Source: Terriglobia bacterium (lineage in GTDB: Bacteria > Acidobacteriota > Polarisedimenticolia > Polarisedimenticolales > JAIQFR01). From it: a stretch of DNA of 64,000 nt. Under the pieces are notes generated by a model. The model saw nothing but the letters and a program-made list of their open reading frames with translations, had not been told where the DNA came from and searched no databases. Positions within the stretch are counted from its first letter, which is position 1. Every line of letters begins with the position of its first letter. Shown here one piece after another: positions 62,001 to 64,000 of the stretch. A program made the translations under genes and the position numbers. Location of the stretch: the NCBI GenBank assembly GCA_963748015.1, contig CAVVHE010000004.1, forward strand, positions 1,248,001-1,312,000, given 5' to 3'.

Positions 62001-62160
62001 GAGCGGGCAGCGCCGCTGCGGTCGCCGCGTCGAGCATCACCCCGAGCGTCGGTCCTTTCGCCGGCGCCGGGGCTGTCTCCGCCACCGCGACCGGCGCCGT
62101 GACGCCGAGCGCGATACAACCCGCCAGCGCGGCCCGCCTTGCGAGCGACGCACGCCTCAT
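59008..62160 (-). CDS. Large exported multidomain protein: GH clan A-like barrel (degenerate) + LolA/RseB-like domain + C-terminal outer-membrane beta-barrel
   Basis: Signal peptide; WSDVEREKGVYDWS.L...V and FEIWDGP; LTAEEIIARY...YRLRGEDTVGGREAYVLEF.P...YRGRLWVDKETF; C-terminal amphipathic beta-strands ending EFLFTVLKLFK. GGAGG RBS. Confidence 0.75.
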   Translation of the reverse strand: MRRASLARRAALAGCIALGVTAPVAVAETAPAPAKGPTLGVMLDAATAAALPAPVSADRPLAARLVAPWSDVEREKGVYDWSRLEPAVSRLSEAGFLVAVCLTGSNPLYLPDGSAPSPLSGESLQAWTGFVRSAVRSFAGRVEVFEIWDGPARPIPSRDGPAFDPTVYAFVLKSSALAVRAEARLAGASALVAEGAIAASDLEWQKSLWQQDAAAYIDVLPVRLSADPGEVGSDLGAVFREAVRNPPAPAFWAYAAEPAEGASGSEAVAAAIEAVSAPTPAAVALARVQGEPEQVRRDAEILFGLHRYLSGYAAAGRGQIRFLDDHQVPLPGARALGRFLNDAEKDLPTAILYDAPGGALAGSQGWLVVDAPDVRDAKVLDPLTGGSLVTVPSKVPGRPGEKAIRVVFAAHPMLLSFRRSPLPEGMELATEQLQVESTRGLTAEEIIARYQAVQKVQDDRLDRWKAPARINFHFKVAQMGTAVDVGIDSTFFWERGSELEWEQATYYVNGNKVTWKTIPEIPLIQPEKVVTLPLDLTLDKTYLYRLRGEDTVGGREAYVLEFDPGNPDVKTSLYRGRLWVDKETFVRLKSSLVQTNLEPPVVSNEEVDLYKPVTGPDGETYWMLSRIDGQQLWTIAGRNFVVNREVDFATFELNPSRPAFEEARKAAYASRNLMLRDTEKGFRYLDRQEDGTRKVKEDLVTHKWFAAAGAFKESGRSSAVPLAGFNYFDYDLFHDNTQLEVMYAGVVAFVNVTQPALFGKKMDLAGEAFGMAIKSEDRLYAGDTEVLTERVDTRGQYASVRLGLPAASFFKLTVAASIYVNQYFGNSEAEGALAAENEANGTDLMYVLPANHVLTEGSLQAEFNRRGYGVAVSGAFARRSRWEAWGMKDNATGEFVDPEPLSSSFPTWGLTATKEWFLPKFQKVRAEVDYLDGRDLDRYSRYMFSLFGQMRLDGFSGSGVRFDRAFIARTGYSFNLFGAIRFDLNLSRARSLDRSSTAGYQDFAGAGLSANVIGPWQTVIVGSYGRAMQSDIPGLEGKQEFLFTVLKLFK

Positions 62161-62204
62161 CGGCCTCCCTCCTCGCCCGCGCCCCCGGCGGCGGGTTGCA
62201 GGGG

Positions 62205-62275
62205 ATTCTTCGCCAGCGGAAGGGCGGTGTCAAACCGCCTTCCCTCTTGACTCCGCGCCCGGTCGTCCCGAGCAT
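62205..62275. promoter_or_regulatory. Back-to-back putative sigma70 promoters overlapping an inverted repeat
   Basis: Minus strand TTGACA (62233-62228)-N17-AAGAAT. Plus strand TTGACT (62247-62252)-N17-GAGCAT. Imperfect palindrome GGAAGGGCGGT-GTCAA-ACCGCCTTCC. Confidence 0.45.
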
Positions 62276-62304
62276 GACGGAGAACGGCAACGTAGGAGGC
62301 CCCC

Positions 62305-63114
62305 ATGCCCGCACGTCGCATCGTGACCTTCCTGACCGACTTCGGATCCCACGACACGTTCGTGGGACAGATGAAGGGGGCCGCGCTCGCCGTCTTCGCG
62401 GACCTGCAGTTCGTGGACCTGACCCACGAGGTTCCGCCTCACGACGTGGCCGCCGGTGCCTATCTCCTGTGGACCGGCGCCTTCGCGTTCCCGGCCGGGA
62501 CGATTCACGTCGCGGTGGTGGATCCGGGGGTGGGCACCTCGCGCCGAGGCGTGGCGGTGCGGACGGAGAGCTACACGTTCATCGCCCCCGACAACGGGCT
62601 CCTGACCCGGGTCCTGGCCGAGGAGCCCGCCGGGAGCGCGCACGTGCTCGAGGCCTCGCACTACCAGCGCCCCTCGGTCTCGCCGACCTTCGCGGGGCGA
62701 GACGTCTTCGCGACGGCGGCGGCCTGGATCGCCAGGGGGACCGAGCTGCACCATTTCGGTCCGCCCGCCGGGAGCCTGGTGACGCTGGACCTGGCGCCCC
62801 CGGCGGTCGAGGCCGGAAGGCCTGCCGCCGTGCGCGTGCTCGTGGTGGACCGCTTCGGGAACGCGACCCTCGATCTGCCTCGCCGGCTGCTCGAGCCGCT
62901 CCTCGCGGCGGGCGCGCCCGAGAACAGGATCGTCGTCGAGACGCCGGGGGGGACCGCGTCGGGACCGCTCGGAACCTACGCGGACGGCCAGCCGGGCCGG
63001 CCGTTCGTCCTGTTCAACTCGGCCGGGCACCTCGAGATCGCCCTTCGCGAGGGCCGGGCGTCGGACCTGCTCGGCCTGCGGCCGGGCACCGAGGTGCGGG
63101 TCACGATCGGGTGA
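62305..63114 (+). CDS. DUF62 / SAM hydroxide adenosyltransferase - chlorinase/fluorinase superfamily protein
   Basis: FLTDFG..D.FVGQMKG, DLTHEVP..DV, HVAVVDPGVGT.RR, IAPDNGLL, SPTF.GRDVFA, VDRFGN, NSAG.LEIA. AGGAGG RBS. Confidence 0.92.
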   Translation: MPARRIVTFLTDFGSHDTFVGQMKGAALAVFADLQFVDLTHEVPPHDVAAGAYLLWTGAFAFPAGTIHVAVVDPGVGTSRRGVAVRTESYTFIAPDNGLLTRVLAEEPAGSAHVLEASHYQRPSVSPTFAGRDVFATAAAWIARGTELHHFGPPAGSLVTLDLAPPAVEAGRPAAVRVLVVDRFGNATLDLPRRLLEPLLAAGAPENRIVVETPGGTASGPLGTYADGQPGRPFVLFNSAGHLEIALREGRASDLLGLRPGTEVRVTIG

Positions 63115-63121
63115 ATCTCGG

Positions 63122-63586
63122 TCAGCTGGTTTCGGCGCTCCGGACGGTCACGATGAAGTGCTTCTGGATGAGCGTGACCTCCCGCTCGCCGAGGAGCGGG
63201 ACGAACCGCGGGGCCGAGTTGAGGTAGTCGAGCACGCGCGCGCGCTCCGGCGGCATCCGGATGGACAGCCGGCCGAGCAGGCTCGTGCCGCCGGACAGGC
63301 TCACACGGACCGGGACCTCCCTGGCGCCCTCCTCCCCCGCCGCGGCCCCGACGGCATCGGGCGGGCACTGCACCAGGATGATCCCCCTCTTGTTCAGCAA
63401 CAGCCGGTCCTCTCCGCAGGCGAGGGGCAGGAACTCCTCGGAGGGGTCCGTCAGCCGGTCCAGGATCGTCTCGGGCCCCCCCAGGGGGCCGGCCAGCGAC
63501 GTGTAGATGCTCCCGTCGAGGGTCCGGCCGTCGTCCAGCAGGATGCGCACCCGCGTCTCGCACTTCGGAACCCGGTAGATGTCCAT
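63122..63586 (-). CDS. Hypothetical protein made of two tandem homologous small domains (DUF6812-like)
   Basis: VRILLDDGRTLDGSI..ILDRL....EFLPL....LLNKRGI aligns with VRVSLSGGTSLLGRL..VLDYL....RFVPL....LIQKHFI. GGAG RBS. Confidence 0.7.
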   Translation of the reverse strand: MDIYRVPKCETRVRILLDDGRTLDGSIYTSLAGPLGGPETILDRLTDPSEEFLPLACGEDRLLLNKRGIILVQCPPDAVGAAAGEEGAREVPVRVSLSGGTSLLGRLSIRMPPERARVLDYLNSAPRFVPLLGEREVTLIQKHFIVTVRSAETS

Positions 63587-63711
63587 TCACTCCCCCGGGG
63601 CGCCGCGCGGGCGCGCCCGTTCGACGACGAAGTCTAGCACGCGCACCGCCGGAAACGGCGGGCTTGCGGCCCCCGATTCGGGGCGTAGATTCTCCTGTCG
63701 AGGGTCCCTAG

Positions 63712-64000
63712 ATGACGATGCTCGGAAGCCTCCACACGATGCCGCTGACGGACCTCCTGCAGTGGCTCGGCACCTCCAGGAAGACCGGCACCCTGTTCCT
63801 GGAGAGAAACAAGGTCGTGAAGCAGATCGTGTTCCGGGAGGGGCGCGTCGTCGCCTGCTCGTCGGACGACCCGCCGGAGCTGCTCGGGCACTTCCTGGTT
63901 CACCACGGGAAGATCACCGAGGAGCTGCTGCAGCAGGCGCTCGCCCGGCAGTCGGCGTCCCGCGAGCACCTGGGCAAGATCCTGCTCGAGATGAAGGCCT
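63712..64000 (+). CDS. DUF4388 (PatA-N-like) domain protein, 3'-truncated by window edge
   Basis: Hand-translated, absent from the ORF track: MTMLGSLHTMPLTDLLQWLGTSRKTGTL.L......KQIVFREGRVV..SS.DP..LLG.FLV..GKITEE.L..AL..Q.....LGKIL. Confidence 0.85.
   Translation, partial: MTMLGSLHTMPLTDLLQWLGTSRKTGTLFLERNKVVKQIVFREGRVVACSSDDPPELLGHFLVHHGKITEELLQQALARQSASREHLGKILLEMKA

Overview
Very GC-rich (roughly 70% by eye), densely coding bacterial chromosome segment from a diderm, lipid A-producing organism. Acidobacteriota-like affiliation is my inference only. Contents from left to right: an NtrY-like sensor kinase (partial), a YkgJ protein and two Opp/Dpp permeases; a perfectly paired 173-nt intergenic palindromic element; the housekeeping run lpxB ... 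yicC-gmk-rpoZ-coaBC-udg-priA, then a lipoprotein and trpF; a ~34-kb Wzx/Wzy-type surface-polysaccharide locus (13.9-48.2 kb) with nucleotide-sugar enzymes, two flippases, Wzy, Wzc, Wza, an OM beta-barrel, a WaaL-like ligase, a TPR protein and many tailoring enzymes; mlaEFD, plsC, a tRNA nucleotidyltransferase lacking the flexible loop (probably CC-adding) and a bi-domain oxidoreductase. Near the right end is a tightly coupled four-gene unit: a 1050-aa protein (degenerate glycoside-hydrolase fold + LolA-like domain + beta-barrel), a purine nucleoside phosphorylase, an SGNH protein and an AlgI-like MBOAT. It is transcribed divergently from a DUF62 SAM-cleaving enzyme whose catalytic-triad His is replaced by Ala. 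Four genes (priA, wzc, the second wzx, the oxidoreductase) are frameshifted at G/C homopolymers, most likely from sequencing error. I saw no rRNA, tRNA, CRISPR array or transposase. All family assignments come from motif recognition, not database searches.
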